Notes under the pieces: model-generated
Seen by the model: the letters and a program-made list of their open reading frames with translations, nothing else
Told to the model about the DNA's origin: nothing
Databases searched by the model: none
Assembly: GCA_963711655.1 (NCBI GenBank)
Contig: CAVQEW010000015.1
Coordinates: 241,050-305,049, forward strand
DNA: 64,000 nt
Direction: 5' to 3'
Source: an uncultured Actinomycetota bacterium
GTDB lineage: Bacteria > Actinomycetota > UBA4738 > HRBIN12
Part shown: positions 9,672 through 18,554 of the stretch, in pieces
Position numbering within the stretch: the first letter of the stretch is position 1
How the letters are laid out: every line of letters begins with the position of its first letter
Translations under genes and position numbers: made by a program

Positions 9672-9822
9672 CCCACGTCGGACACGTGGCACCAATAGCC
9701 GCCGTCTCCGGCTGGATCGAGGCGCCCGCCATCTGGGCAGGTCCCGGGCGGGATCACGAGAGCGAGACCACACCGACCACCGCTACGGCGACCGCGACGA
9801 GGAGTCGGCTCTTGTCGCTCAT
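9502..9822 (-). CDS. possible small secreted/membrane protein, readable only across two frame changes
   Basis: ATG 9822 gives MSDKSRLLVAVAVAVVGVVSLS (signal/TM-like) and then a stop. The adjacent frame continues IPPGTCPDGGRLDPAGDGGYWCHVSDVGYS. A third frame gives SIGVAVGAVVVSASLAAVVPCGVAKR (second TM). This is speculative. Confidence 0.25.
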
Positions 9823-9883
9823 GTGGCCTCAGGCCGCGAGCCTACCTCGACGTGACACCCGGTCCTGAGAGGACCGGCTGTTC

Positions 9884-10666
9884 CTACTCAGGCGGCTGGC
9901 AGCTCGGACAGAGAGTAGGTCGTTCGGCCGCCCACGACGGTCCTCGCCAGCTCGGTGCGGCACCGGGGGCATCGAGCCCCGACTCGCCCCCTGGCGTCGT
10001 TCCATCGTGACCGGAACCCTTCCGGGTATCGGTCCACCGTCTGGCGGCGGATGACCGGAGCGAAGCTCACGGAACAGGGTGACCCGCTCATCGACGGGTA
10101 TCTCCTCGACCCGCCGGGCTGGGTGGATCCGAGCTCTCCAGAGCGCCTCATCGGCCAGGAGGTTGCCCACGCCGGCGATGAACGACTGGTCGAGGAGGAC
10201 CGCCTTGATCCGCCCACGCCGGGTCTCCAGGAGCCGAGGAATCCCGCCCGTCCCACATCGAGAGCGTCGGGGCCCAACCGGGCCAGGAGACCGTCGACCT
10301 CGGCCCGGCCGCGGCCAGCCACACGCCGCCGAACTTCCGCATGTTCCGGTAGCGGACCTCCCCGTGGTCCAGGACCACGATCACCCGGTCGTGGGGGTGT
10401 CGATCCGCGGCGTCGGCCGCCCACAGGATGTCCCCGGTCATCCCGAAGTGCAGCACCAGCGCGGGCCCATCGGTCCAGGCGATCACCCATTTGCCCCGGC
10501 GCTCCGGTTCCTCGAATCGATGGCCACGGAGCGCCTGGTCGAGCTCCGCCGCGGTCACGTCACGCAGGATCCCGGGATCGGTCACGACCACCTCGGACAC
10601 GCGATGCCCCGCGGCGCCATCGGCGAACGTCCGTCGGAAGTGCTCGACGTCCGGAAGCTCAGGCAT
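9884..10666 (-). pseudogene. Fpg/Nei-family DNA glycosylase (PELPDVE N-terminus, H2TH, C-terminal zinc finger), broken by four indels as sequenced
   Basis: The protein has to be read through five segments in three frames.
- Frame a (ORF 10148..10666): MPELPDVEHFRR...RYRNMRKFGGVWLAA.
- Frame b: GRAEVDGLLARLGPDALDV.
- Frame c (ORF 9829..10170 and its open upstream extension): LLETRRGRIKAVLLDQSFIAGVGNLLADEALWRARIHP...LFRELR.
- Frame b again: VIRRQTVDRYPEGFRSRWNDARGRVGARCPRCRTELARTVVGGRTTY.
- Frame a again: LCPSCQPPE*.
The junctions are at about 10305, 10233, 10060 and 9914. Confidence 0.8.
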
Positions 10667-10699
10667 GACGTTCGAGGACCGGAGTGGGTCGCTACCGGG

Positions 10700-11083
10700 T
10701 CACGACGGAGGACGCCGGATGCGGGTCCTCAGGATGTCCCGAAGGCTCACGATGCCCGCGATGGTCTTCCCGTCCACGACCGGCAGATGCCGGAAGCCTT
10801 GACTCATCATGATCTCGGTGGCCTCACCCGCGTCCATGTCGGGGCTCGCGGTCACCGGGTCGCCGGTCATCCAGTCGGCGACCCGGGACGTGGTCAGGTC
10901 GGCGCGGGCCGCGGCAGCTCGGAGCACGTCGCGCTCCGTGAAGATCCCCATCAACGTGGATCCCTCCAACACCACCGCCGAACCGAACCGCCCCTTCAGC
11001 ATGCTGGCGGCGACATCGGCGACGGACGTGCTCGGGGTCGTCGCGAACACGTCGGACGTCATGATCTCCTTCAGCGTGGCCAT
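10700..11083 (-). CDS. CBS-pair domain protein
   Basis: 127 aa. MTSDVFATTPSTSVADVAASM... and GFRHLPVVDGKTIAGIVSLRDIL are two CBS repeats. Confidence 0.85.
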   Translation of the reverse strand: MATLKEIMTSDVFATTPSTSVADVAASMLKGRFGSAVVLEGSTLMGIFTERDVLRAAAARADLTTSRVADWMTGDPVTASPDMDAGEATEIMMSQGFRHLPVVDGKTIAGIVSLRDILRTRIRRPPS

Positions 11084-11098
11084 GTCCGCTCCTCCGTC

Positions 11099-11347
11099 TC
11101 AGCCGCCGCCCTCGCCGCCGACCTCGTGGGTCTCGAGGTCCCCGGCAGGCGTGGCGGGATCGGCCAGATCGTCGTTCAGCTGGCGCCAGAGCGCGCCACC
11201 CCACGAGCTCACGTGCGGCCAGCGTTGCCAGAAGAGCTGCAGGGTGGTCTCGTCGAAGGTCCGGATCGCCTCGTCCGGGGTGACGGCCTCGGCCACGCGC
11301 TCGAAGTCCTCGATGATCCGCAGCAGCCGATCGGAAGCGTCGTCCAC
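11099..11347 (-). CDS. hypothetical protein (about 82 aa)
   Basis: This is the C-terminal part of ORF 11099..11497. Its plausible start is GTG 11347 (or 11353), just after GGAGGAGGA and after the nfo stop (TAG 11376..11374). The text is VDDASDRLLRIIEDFERVAEAVTPDEAIRTFDETTLQLFWQRWPHVSSWGGALW. No family recognised. Confidence 0.45.
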   Translation of the reverse strand: MDDASDRLLRIIEDFERVAEAVTPDEAIRTFDETTLQLFWQRWPHVSSWGGALWRQLNDDLADPATPAGDLETHEVGGEGGG

Positions 11348-11373
11348 AGGCACTCCTCCTCCCGCGGGCGAGT

Positions 11374-12213
11374 CTAATCGGGAGCCGCGAGGCGCCGCAG
11401 GCGAGCGATGTCCTCCCGTTGACGATCCGCATCTCCGGGCGTCTCGAGGATCCAGGGAACGGAGCCGATCAGCGGATCGTTCGCGAGGGCGCGCCAACCC
11501 TCGTCACCGATCAGCCCGTCGCCGATGTCGGCATGCCGGTCGCGCCGGGCGCCTCGCTCGAAGACCGAGTCGTTGGCGTGGACGAGGCCCAGCCTCGGAG
11601 CGAGCGCCCGCTCACGGAGCTCCTGGGAGAGTGCGTGCACGCCGCTGGCGGTGTCGAGATGCACCCCGGCCGCGAACAGGTGCGCGGTGTCCAGGCAGAT
11701 CCCGAGACGGTCGTCACCGACGGCAGCGCACAGCTCCTCCGCCTCGCTCGGAACGGAGGCCACGGCGCCGCTCGTGCCCGCCATGAGCTCGACGAGGACG
11801 CGCGTCCGTTCGGCCTCACCGACCGCCAGACGGAAGCTCTCTGCGGCGGACCGCAGCGCGGTTCCTCGATCCTGAGGTCCTCCCGCTCCGGCGTGCACCA
11901 CCAAGAGGTCGACCCCGAGTGCGTCGCACGCGTGCACCGTCTCCACGATCAGCTCGCGGGTGCGCCCGAGCGTCGTCGGGTCCCACGAAGCGACGTTCCC
12001 GACGTAGGACAGGTGCGCCACGCACGGTCGCAGCCCGCTCGCCTCGAGGGCTCCGCGGAAGCGTTCGATCTGCGGCTCGTCGTATCGCGGGGGAGCCCAC
12101 GCTCTCGGATTCGAGACGAAGATCTGGAGGCAGTCGGCGGCGCGGAGTGCTGCTTCCTCGAGGGCGCCCTCGATGCCGGTCTGCCTGCGCCGGACGTGGG
12201 CGCCCAGGATCAC
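11374..12213 (-). CDS. nfo: endonuclease IV-family AP endonuclease (xylose-isomerase-like TIM barrel)
   Basis: This is the C-terminal 279 aa of the chimeric 878-aa ORF 11374..14010. The start GTG 12213..12211 overlaps the kinase stop (GTGA). The text reads VILGAHVRRRQTGIEGALEEAALRAADCLQIFVSNPRAW...VVHAGAG...LVELMAGT...ICLDTAHLFAAG...HANDS...RDRHADIGDG...ILETP. Confidence 0.8.
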   Translation of the reverse strand: MILGAHVRRRQTGIEGALEEAALRAADCLQIFVSNPRAWAPPRYDEPQIERFRGALEASGLRPCVAHLSYVGNVASWDPTTLGRTRELIVETVHACDALGVDLLVVHAGAGGPQDRGTALRSAAESFRLAVGEAERTRVLVELMAGTSGAVASVPSEAEELCAAVGDDRLGICLDTAHLFAAGVHLDTASGVHALSQELRERALAPRLGLVHANDSVFERGARRDRHADIGDGLIGDEGWRALANDPLIGSVPWILETPGDADRQREDIARLRRLAAPD

Positions 12214-14010
12214 GCGTAGTAGACGGTGATCGTGGAGCCGTACCGAACGCGGGTGCCGCCGGGCGGGAGCTGGCTGACGATGTTGCTGCCGCTGCTGCCC
12301 GGGACCGGGAGCGCCGTGAGCTTCAGGCCCACGCTCTCCGCCAGGGTCCTGGCTTCGTCCACGCTCATCCCCTCGAAGTTGGGGGAGTCGAAGAACTCCG
12401 GTCCGAGCGAGATCCGCAGCACGATCGTCTCGCCCGGCTGGAGCTCGGTCCCATCCGCCGGATCGGTGCCGATCGCGCGGCCACGGGCGACCTTCGTCGA
12501 GAAGTCCTCCTCGGTCACGACCTCGAAGCCCTTGGCGAGGAGGGTCTGGACCGCCTTGTCCTCGGTCATGCCACTCACGTCGGGGATCGCGACCGGCTTG
12601 GGACCGTCGCTGACGATCAGGGTGACCGATGTCCCCCGGGGCAGCCTCGCCGTGCCGGGTCGGACGCCGATCACGCGGTCCTTCGCGCACCTCACCGTCG
12701 AACCGATGCCTGACCGCCTCCACGAGCAAGCCCGCCTCGGCGATCGTCTGACGAGCGTCCTTGAGCAGGTCTCCGCGGACCGTGGGGACCTTCACCGGTG
12801 GCGGTCCGAGCGACGGAACGATCGTGACCGTGGTGCCGACATCGCGTTCCGCTCCGGCCACGGGCAGGATCTTCTTCACGTGGTCGTCGGGGACCTGCAT
12901 CGAGTACTCGCCGGGAGCCCGCGTGACGTCGAAACCGAGGGCGGTCAGCCGATCCGTCGCGTCATCCACGGTCTCGCCGACGAGCGCGGGGATGACGGCC
13001 GTGTGGGGGATCGCATACGTCCACGTCCCCCAGGCGGCGGCGCTCAGCATGGCGACGAGGAGCACGGCGCCGACGACGCGCTTGAGGAACCTCCGTCGCT
13101 TGCGGTGGCGCTCCATCCGGGGGATGGCGGTCTCGAGCCGGACGCCGACCTCGGTCGTCTCCCCTCCCTCCACGGTCACCGAGGGGATGTCCGCGACCAG
13201 CGAGGAGAGCTTCCGAGCCGGTGAGAGCTGGTGCGAGATCACCTCGAGATCCATCCGCATCACGTCGGCGGACTCCGGCCGGAGCTCACGATCCCGGTCG
13301 GTAGCGGCGGCGACGAAGCCGTCGAGCTCGTAGGGCAGGTCGGGCAGGACCGACGACGGGGCCGGCACCCTGTCCGAGAGGTGCTTGTACGCGACCGCCA
13401 TCGCCGTCTCGCCCGTGAAGGGGAGCTTCCCGGTCAACAGCTCATACGCGACGATGCCGAGCGAATAGAGATCGCTGCGCGGGTCCGCCGGCTCGCCCCG
13501 GATCTGCTCGGGCGCCAGGTACTGGACCGTCCCGGTGACCGCGCCCGCCTGCGTCACGCGTCCGTCGGCGTAGGCCCTGGCCAGACCGAAGTCGGCCACC
13601 TTCACCACGCCGTCCTGGGTCACGAGGAGGTTCTCGGGCTTGATGTCGCGATGGACGAACCCCTGGTGATGCGCGTGCCCGAGCGCCAGGAGGGACTGGC
13701 GGAGGATCTCCGCGGCCTGCGCCGGCTCCATCCGCCCCTGCTCGTTCAGGAGGTGCCGGACGCTCGGCCCGCGCACGAACTCCATGACCATGTAGTAGAC
13801 GCCGTCCACCGCGCCCCAGTCGTAGACGTTGACGATGTGGGGGTGTGCGAGGCCGGCTGCCGCCCTGGCCTCGCGCCGGAAGCGGTCGACGAACGCGGGA
13901 TCTCCTGCGAGGGAACGATGCAGCACCTTGATCGCGACCTCGCGGGCGAGCACGGCATCGTGCGCGCGGAAGACCTCGCCCATGCCCCCGGCGGCGATGC
14001 GTTCCACCAT
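12210..14010 (-). pseudogene. pknB: PASTA-domain Ser/Thr protein kinase (PknB-like); one +1 frameshift between PASTA repeats; start codon unclear
   Basis: The kinase core (GGMGEVFRAHD...VAIKVL...HRDIKPENLL...DFGLA...GTVQYLAPEQ), a TM segment (VVGAVLLVAMLSAAAWGTW) and the first PASTA repeats lie in the ORF 11374..14010 frame. The last PASTA repeats (KDRVIGVRPGTARLPRGTSVTLIVSDGPKPV...STITVYYA*) lie in ORF 12210..12695, with the junction at about 12682-12690. Kinase-like text (SFVTLDGRYH) continues upstream of ATG 14010 to an in-frame TAG with no ATG/GTG/TTG. Confidence 0.85.
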
Positions 14011-14036
14011 GTGGTAACGCCCGTCGAGGGTGACGA

Positions 14037-14924
14037 ATGACTGCCCTCCGCCTGCGGGGGCGCTGGGTGCGTGATACTCCTTGCGATGGTGCTCTCCTCC
14101 CTAGGGAAGCGCTCGAGGGCAGGTCGGAGCGCGTCCGGCGCATCGTACCGCCGGACCTGGAGGCAACCGTGGAAGCTGGAGGAAGTCCCTCCGGAGGGCT
14201 CGGAGCGGAGCTCGACCGGATCGAGGCCGCGGTTGACGCCGGAGACACCGACCTCCGCCGCCTCGGCTTCTGGCGGGTCGTTGCACTCATCAAGCGCGAC
14301 GACGAGGTGATCGAGCGCCACGCGGAGCAGGTGGGACGTATCGACGCGAAGGCGTTCCGTGCCCGGGTCCGGTTCCGGTTCCCCGTCGGCGTGGGGATCG
14401 CGCTGCAGCTGCTCGGGATCGCCGTCGCGGTCGGCCTGGTCGCGTTCGTCGTGTGGAACGCCGGCGCGGGAGCCGATCGGCTCCTCGACGTGGACCTGGC
14501 CTCCGGCGTGGGGCTGCTCCTCGCGGCCTTCGCCCTGGCGGCGGGGATCCACACGTTCGCTCACTACGTCGTGGGCCGCATCGTCGGGATCCGGTTCACC
14601 GACTTCTTCTTCGCGATCCCGCCGCCGCCCCTGCCCGGGCTCAAGACCGACTACGGGACGTACCTCAGGACGGGGCCGGTGGCGAGAGCCTGGATGCACG
14701 CGAGCGGCGCCGTGGCCACGAAGCTGGCGCCCTTCGCGGTCCTGGCGTTCGCGCCGGCCGCGAACGCTCCCGGCTGGTCGGTCGCGATCCTGGTGGCCCT
14801 CGGCGTCTTCCAGATCGCGACCGATGTGCTGTTCAGCACGAAGGCCAGCGACTGGAAGAAGGTTCGCCGGGAGCTCGCGCGTCGCCCGGGCGCGCCGGCG
14901 GACCGTGTGACGCGGGTATCCTGA
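14037..14924 (+). CDS. hypothetical polytopic membrane protein
   Basis: 295 aa, with GC3-rich codons throughout. It has several hydrophobic helices (VGVGIALQLLGIAVAVGLVAFVVW, GVGLLLAAFALAAGIHTFAHYVVG, WSVAILVALGVFQIATDVLF). The start is uncertain and no family is recognised. Confidence 0.5.
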   Translation: MTALRLRGRWVRDTPCDGALLPREALEGRSERVRRIVPPDLEATVEAGGSPSGGLGAELDRIEAAVDAGDTDLRRLGFWRVVALIKRDDEVIERHAEQVGRIDAKAFRARVRFRFPVGVGIALQLLGIAVAVGLVAFVVWNAGAGADRLLDVDLASGVGLLLAAFALAAGIHTFAHYVVGRIVGIRFTDFFFAIPPPPLPGLKTDYGTYLRTGPVARAWMHASGAVATKLAPFAVLAFAPAANAPGWSVAILVALGVFQIATDVLFSTKASDWKKVRRELARRPGAPADRVTRVS

Positions 14925-14930
14925 GGCCGA

Positions 14931-15020
14931 CCACTCGGGGAGCCCGGACACGGCCGGGCTGAGAGGCGGAGACCGTCCCGCGACCCGCACGACCTGACCC
15001 GGGCAATGCCGGCGGAGGGA
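14931..15020 (+). promoter_or_regulatory. TPP (THI-box) riboswitch upstream of thiE
   Basis: The sequence CACTCGGGGAGCC...GGCTGAGAGG...ACCCGCACGACCTGACCCGGGCAATGCCGGCGGAGGGA matches the conserved THI-element pieces (GGGG.GC, CUGAGA, ACCUGAUCYGGRUAAUGCCRGCG.AGGGA). The terminal GGAGGGA is also the likely SD for ATG 15024. Confidence 0.85.
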
Positions 15021-15023
15021 GCG

Positions 15024-15670
15024 ATGGCGAGACTCGAGCCCCGGACGCTGGACCTGTACGTCGTCACCACGGGCACCCTCGTGTCGGGTCGCGCGCACGG
15101 CGAGATCGCGACGGCCGCGGTGGAAGGCGGCGCGACCGCCGTCCAGCTCCGTGCCCCGGAGCTCTCCGACGATCGGCTGCTCCCCCTCGCCACCGCCCTC
15201 GCCCGGCTGTGCGGCGACGCCGGCGTGCTGTTCCTCGTCAACGACCGGGTGGAGGTCGCGGTCGGCTGCGACGCGTCGGGTGCCCACGTGGGACAGGACG
15301 AGGACCCCGGCGAGGCGCGGCGCCTCCTCGGGCCGGAGCGGATCCTGGGGGTCAGCGTGACCAACGCGGAGGAGGCGAGGGCGGCGGAGGCGGCCGGGGC
15401 CGACTACCTCGGGGTCACCGTCTGGGAGACGTCGACCAAGCCGGAGGCGCTGGCGATCGGTCTCGAGGGGATCCGCGCGGTCGCCGGCGCGACAGCCGCT
15501 GCCGGTCGTCGGGATCGGCGGCATCAACGCAGGCGAATGCTCACGACGTCCTCGCGGCCGGGGCGGCCGGGATCGCGGTGATCAGCGCCGTCGCGACCTC
15601 CGACGACCCGACGCAAGCGGTTCGCGACCTCAGGGCATCGGTGGACGACTTCTACGAGGAGTCCCGATGA
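15024..15670 (+). pseudogene. thiE: thiamine-phosphate synthase; two +1 frameshifts near the 3' end as sequenced
   Basis: The first frame reads MARLEPRTLDLYVVT...AVQLRAPELS...LFLVNDRVEVA...GAHVGQDE...GVSV...ADYLGVTVWETSTKPEA. The protein then continues PLPVVGIGGINAG in frame +1 and NAHDVLAAGAAGIAVISAV...FYEESR* in frame +2 (tail of ORF 15209..15670). The junctions are at about 15494 and 15535. Confidence 0.85.
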
Positions 15671-16776
15671 CGGGAGAGCCCACCGCCCAGCGGACCGGGA
15701 AGGCGACCGCGGAGCTGTTCGAGCAGGTGATCCTCCGGCGTCTCGGAGCTCGGGACGACGACGTGCTCGTGGGTCCGCAGCACGGTGTCGACGTGGGTGT
15801 GGTCCGGGTGGCCGACGGCGTCGCGATGGCACTCACCGCCGACCCCGTCTTCGTGGTCCCGGCCTACGGATGGGAACGCGCCGCGTGGTTCGCGGTGCAC
15901 ATCCTCGCGTCCGACGCGTCGACGAGCGGGCTGCCGTTGCGATGGATGTCGGTCGACCTCAACCTGCCGCCGTCGATGTCCGATGCGGACCTCGCCGCCC
16001 TCTGGGAAGCGTTCCACGCCGCCTGCGAGGACCTCGGGATCGCGGTCGTGACCGGCCACACGGGGCGGTACGACGGCTGCGACTGGCCGATGGTGGGTGG
16101 CGCGACCTGTCTCGCGCTGGGGGACGCGGACGCGTTCGTGACCCCGACGATGGCGCGTGCCGGCGACGCGGTGGTCGTCACGAAGGGGGCGGCGATCGAG
16201 ACGACGGCATTGTTCGCCGCGACGTTCCCCGATCGACTGGCGGCGGCGGTCGGCGAGGAGGCCGTGCGGGCCGCCGACGCCCTGTTCGAGTCGATGACGG
16301 TCGTTCCGGAGGCCGTGCTCGCCCGTGGGTTCGGCCTCCGCGACGAAGGGGTCACCTCGATGCACGACGCGACCGAAGGCGGCGTGATCGGCGGGCTGCT
16401 CGAGGTCGCGACCGCCTCCGGCAACGGGATCCGCGTCGATCGGGACACGATCCCGGTGCGGCCGGAGGTGCGGGCGGTGTGTGACCACCTCGGGATCGAT
16501 CCGTACACCGCGATCAGCGAGGGTTCCTTGATCGCGACCGTCGTCCCCGGACGAGCGGACGCCTTCGTCGAGGCGCTCGCCGACGACGGCATCGAGGCGG
16601 CGATCGTCGGTGAGATCCGCCCGCCGGACGAGGGCCGCACGGTGGTGACCGGCGGGAGCGAGGAGCCGCTCACGCATCCCGGCCTGGATCCGTTCTGGGG
16701 CGCGTTCGGCGCCTGGGCGGCGGAGCGCGGCCGCGAGCTCCTGACCGCCCGGTACCCTTCGCGCCGATGGACCTGA
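15667..16776 (+). CDS. AIR-synthase-related protein (PurM/ThiL/HypE/SelD superfamily)
   Basis: 369 aa. The ATG overlaps the thiE stop (ATGA). GVDVGVVRVADGVAMALTADP...HILASDASTSG...VVTGHTG...GDAVVVTKGAAIE...MHDATEGGVIGGL...ISEGSLIATV is the two-domain PurM-like pattern. Confidence 0.7.
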   Translation: MTGEPTAQRTGKATAELFEQVILRRLGARDDDVLVGPQHGVDVGVVRVADGVAMALTADPVFVVPAYGWERAAWFAVHILASDASTSGLPLRWMSVDLNLPPSMSDADLAALWEAFHAACEDLGIAVVTGHTGRYDGCDWPMVGGATCLALGDADAFVTPTMARAGDAVVVTKGAAIETTALFAATFPDRLAAAVGEEAVRAADALFESMTVVPEAVLARGFGLRDEGVTSMHDATEGGVIGGLLEVATASGNGIRVDRDTIPVRPEVRAVCDHLGIDPYTAISEGSLIATVVPGRADAFVEALADDGIEAAIVGEIRPPDEGRTVVTGGSEEPLTHPGLDPFWGAFGAWAAERGRELLTARYPSRRWT

Positions 16777-17633
16777 TCTGCGTCGGCGACGTGATGCTCG
16801 ACGTGCGCGTGGATGCGGGCGAGCTCGCCCGTGGTGGCGACGTCCACGGACGGGTCGCGCTCCAGCCCGGCGGGACCTCGGCCAACGCGGCGGTCTGGGC
16901 CGCCGCCTCGGGAGCGACGGCGCGCGTGCACGGCCGGATCGGTGACGACGTGGTGGGGCGGCTCCTCCGGACCGAGCTCGAGGTCCGGGGTGTCGAGGCG
17001 TCGCTCGTGGCCGACGCGGATGCGCCCTCCGGCACGATGCTCGTCGTGTTCGAGGCGGGGGAGCGGTCGATGGTGGCCGATCGGGGAGCGAACGCGCGGC
17101 TCACGCCGGCGGACCTCCCTGCGGAGCTCGCCGCCGGCGCGGTGCTCGTGTCCGGGTATCTCCTGCTCCAGGACGGAGCGCAGGAGGCGGGGGTCGAGGC
17201 GATCCGTCGGGCGGTTGCCTCCTGGGTCGCGGTGGAGGCGGCGACCTGGCCGCTCATCGAGGCGATCGGGCCGCCGGGATTCCACGAGCTCGCTGCCGGG
17301 GCCACGGTCGTCCTGGCCAACGAGCGGGAGGCGGAGGAGCTGACCTCGCGGGGGCCCGTCGAGGCGGCGAGGGAGCTCGGCGAGCGCTACCGGGCGACCG
17401 CCGTCAAACGAGGGGCCGCCGGCGCCGTCCTGGTGCTCGACGGGGTGGTCTACGAAGCGGAGGCGGAGGCCGTGGAGGAGCGCGATCCCACGGGCGCCGG
17501 CGACGCGTTCGACGGTGTGCTCCTGGCGTCGCTCGCCCGCGGCATCGAGGCGGGGGAGGCGCTCCGGCTGGCCTGTCGGGCCGGCACGGAGGTCGCGGGG
17601 AGCTCGTCGGTGTGGCCGGCGGTGGTCTCGTGA
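16767..17633 (+). CDS. PfkB-family sugar/nucleoside kinase (pseudouridine-kinase-like by context)
   Basis: 288 aa. It has MDLICVGDVMLDV, PGGTSANAAV and DPTGAGDAFDGVLLASL (ribokinase-family signature 2). The stop overlaps the psuG start (GTGA). Confidence 0.8.
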   Translation: MDLICVGDVMLDVRVDAGELARGGDVHGRVALQPGGTSANAAVWAAASGATARVHGRIGDDVVGRLLRTELEVRGVEASLVADADAPSGTMLVVFEAGERSMVADRGANARLTPADLPAELAAGAVLVSGYLLLQDGAQEAGVEAIRRAVASWVAVEAATWPLIEAIGPPGFHELAAGATVVLANEREAEELTSRGPVEAARELGERYRATAVKRGAAGAVLVLDGVVYEAEAEAVEERDPTGAGDAFDGVLLASLARGIEAGEALRLACRAGTEVAGSSSVWPAVVS

Positions 17634-18549
17634 GCGGCGCCCCGATCCGCATCGGCGTCGAGGTGGCGTCCGCCCTCGCGGAAGGACGGCCGGTCGTCGG
17701 CCTCGAGACGAGCGTGATCGGGCAGGGATTGCCGTCATCCGCGCAACGTCGGAGTGCCTCGATCGGATGGGGGGCGCGATCCGTGGGGCGGGGGCCGTGC
17801 CCGCCTGGATCGGTGTGCTCGCAGGTGAGGTGGTGGTGGGGCTCACCGATGCGGAGCTCGAGGTGTTCACCGAGCCCGGCAAGGCGGACAAGGTCGCTCG
17901 GCGCGACCTCCCGGCGGCGTGCGCGCGCGGCCGCCCCGGCGCGACCACCGTCTCGGCGACGATCTGGGCCGCCGCCCGCGCCGGGATCCACGTGAGCGCG
18001 ACGGGAGGGATCGGCGGCGTGCACCCGGGCGCGAGTCCGGACGTGAGCGCAGACCTCGTCGAGCTCTCGCGGACGCCTGGCCTGTTGGTGTGCAGCGGAC
18101 CGAAGTCGATCGTCGATCCGCTGCTGACGGTGGAGCGTATGGAAGAGCTCGGCGTGAGCCTCCTCGGCTACGGCGTCGACCGCCTTCCGTTCTTCCTCGC
18201 GCGTGAGGCTGCCGTCGAGCTCGAGCATCGCGTGGACACGCCGGGGGAGGCGGCGGCGGTGCTCGATGCCGCGCTCGCCCTCGACACCCGCTCGACGCTC
18301 GTGGTGTGCAACCCGATCGACGCCCAGCTCGCGATGGATGTCGACGAGGTCGCAGCCGCCGCGGCGCGATGCGATGAGCGCGCCGACCGCGAGGGCGTCC
18401 GCGGTCGCGACCTGACGCCGTTCCTGCTCTCGTGCCTGGCCGAGGAGACCGGCGGCCGATCCCTGGAGGCCAACCTGTCGCTGCTCGAGTCGAACGCCCG
18501 CCTCGCGGCCGAGATCGCCGCCGCTCGCGCCGGCGGCCCGATCGCCTGA
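17630..18549 (+). pseudogene. psuG: pseudouridine-5'-phosphate glycosidase; two +1 frameshifts about 16 nt apart as sequenced
   Basis: One frame reads VSGAPIRIGVEVASALAEGRPVVGLETSVIGQGLP. The next frame reads HPRNV. The frame of ORF 17515..18549 reads ECLDRMGGAIRGAGAVPAWIGV...KVARRDL...GATTVSATIWAAARAGIHVSATGGIGGVH...DVSADLVELSRTP...VCSGPKSIVD. The junctions are at about 17735 and 17751. Confidence 0.85.
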
Positions 18550-18554
18550 CCCGG

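Noticed and set aside
11374-14010. The 878-aa ORF as a kinase-endonuclease fusion protein.
   Set aside because: The middle ~170 residues are Arg/Gly/Pro junk. The real PASTA repeats and the kinase stop lie in ORF 12210..12695. nfo starts at a GTG that overlaps that stop.
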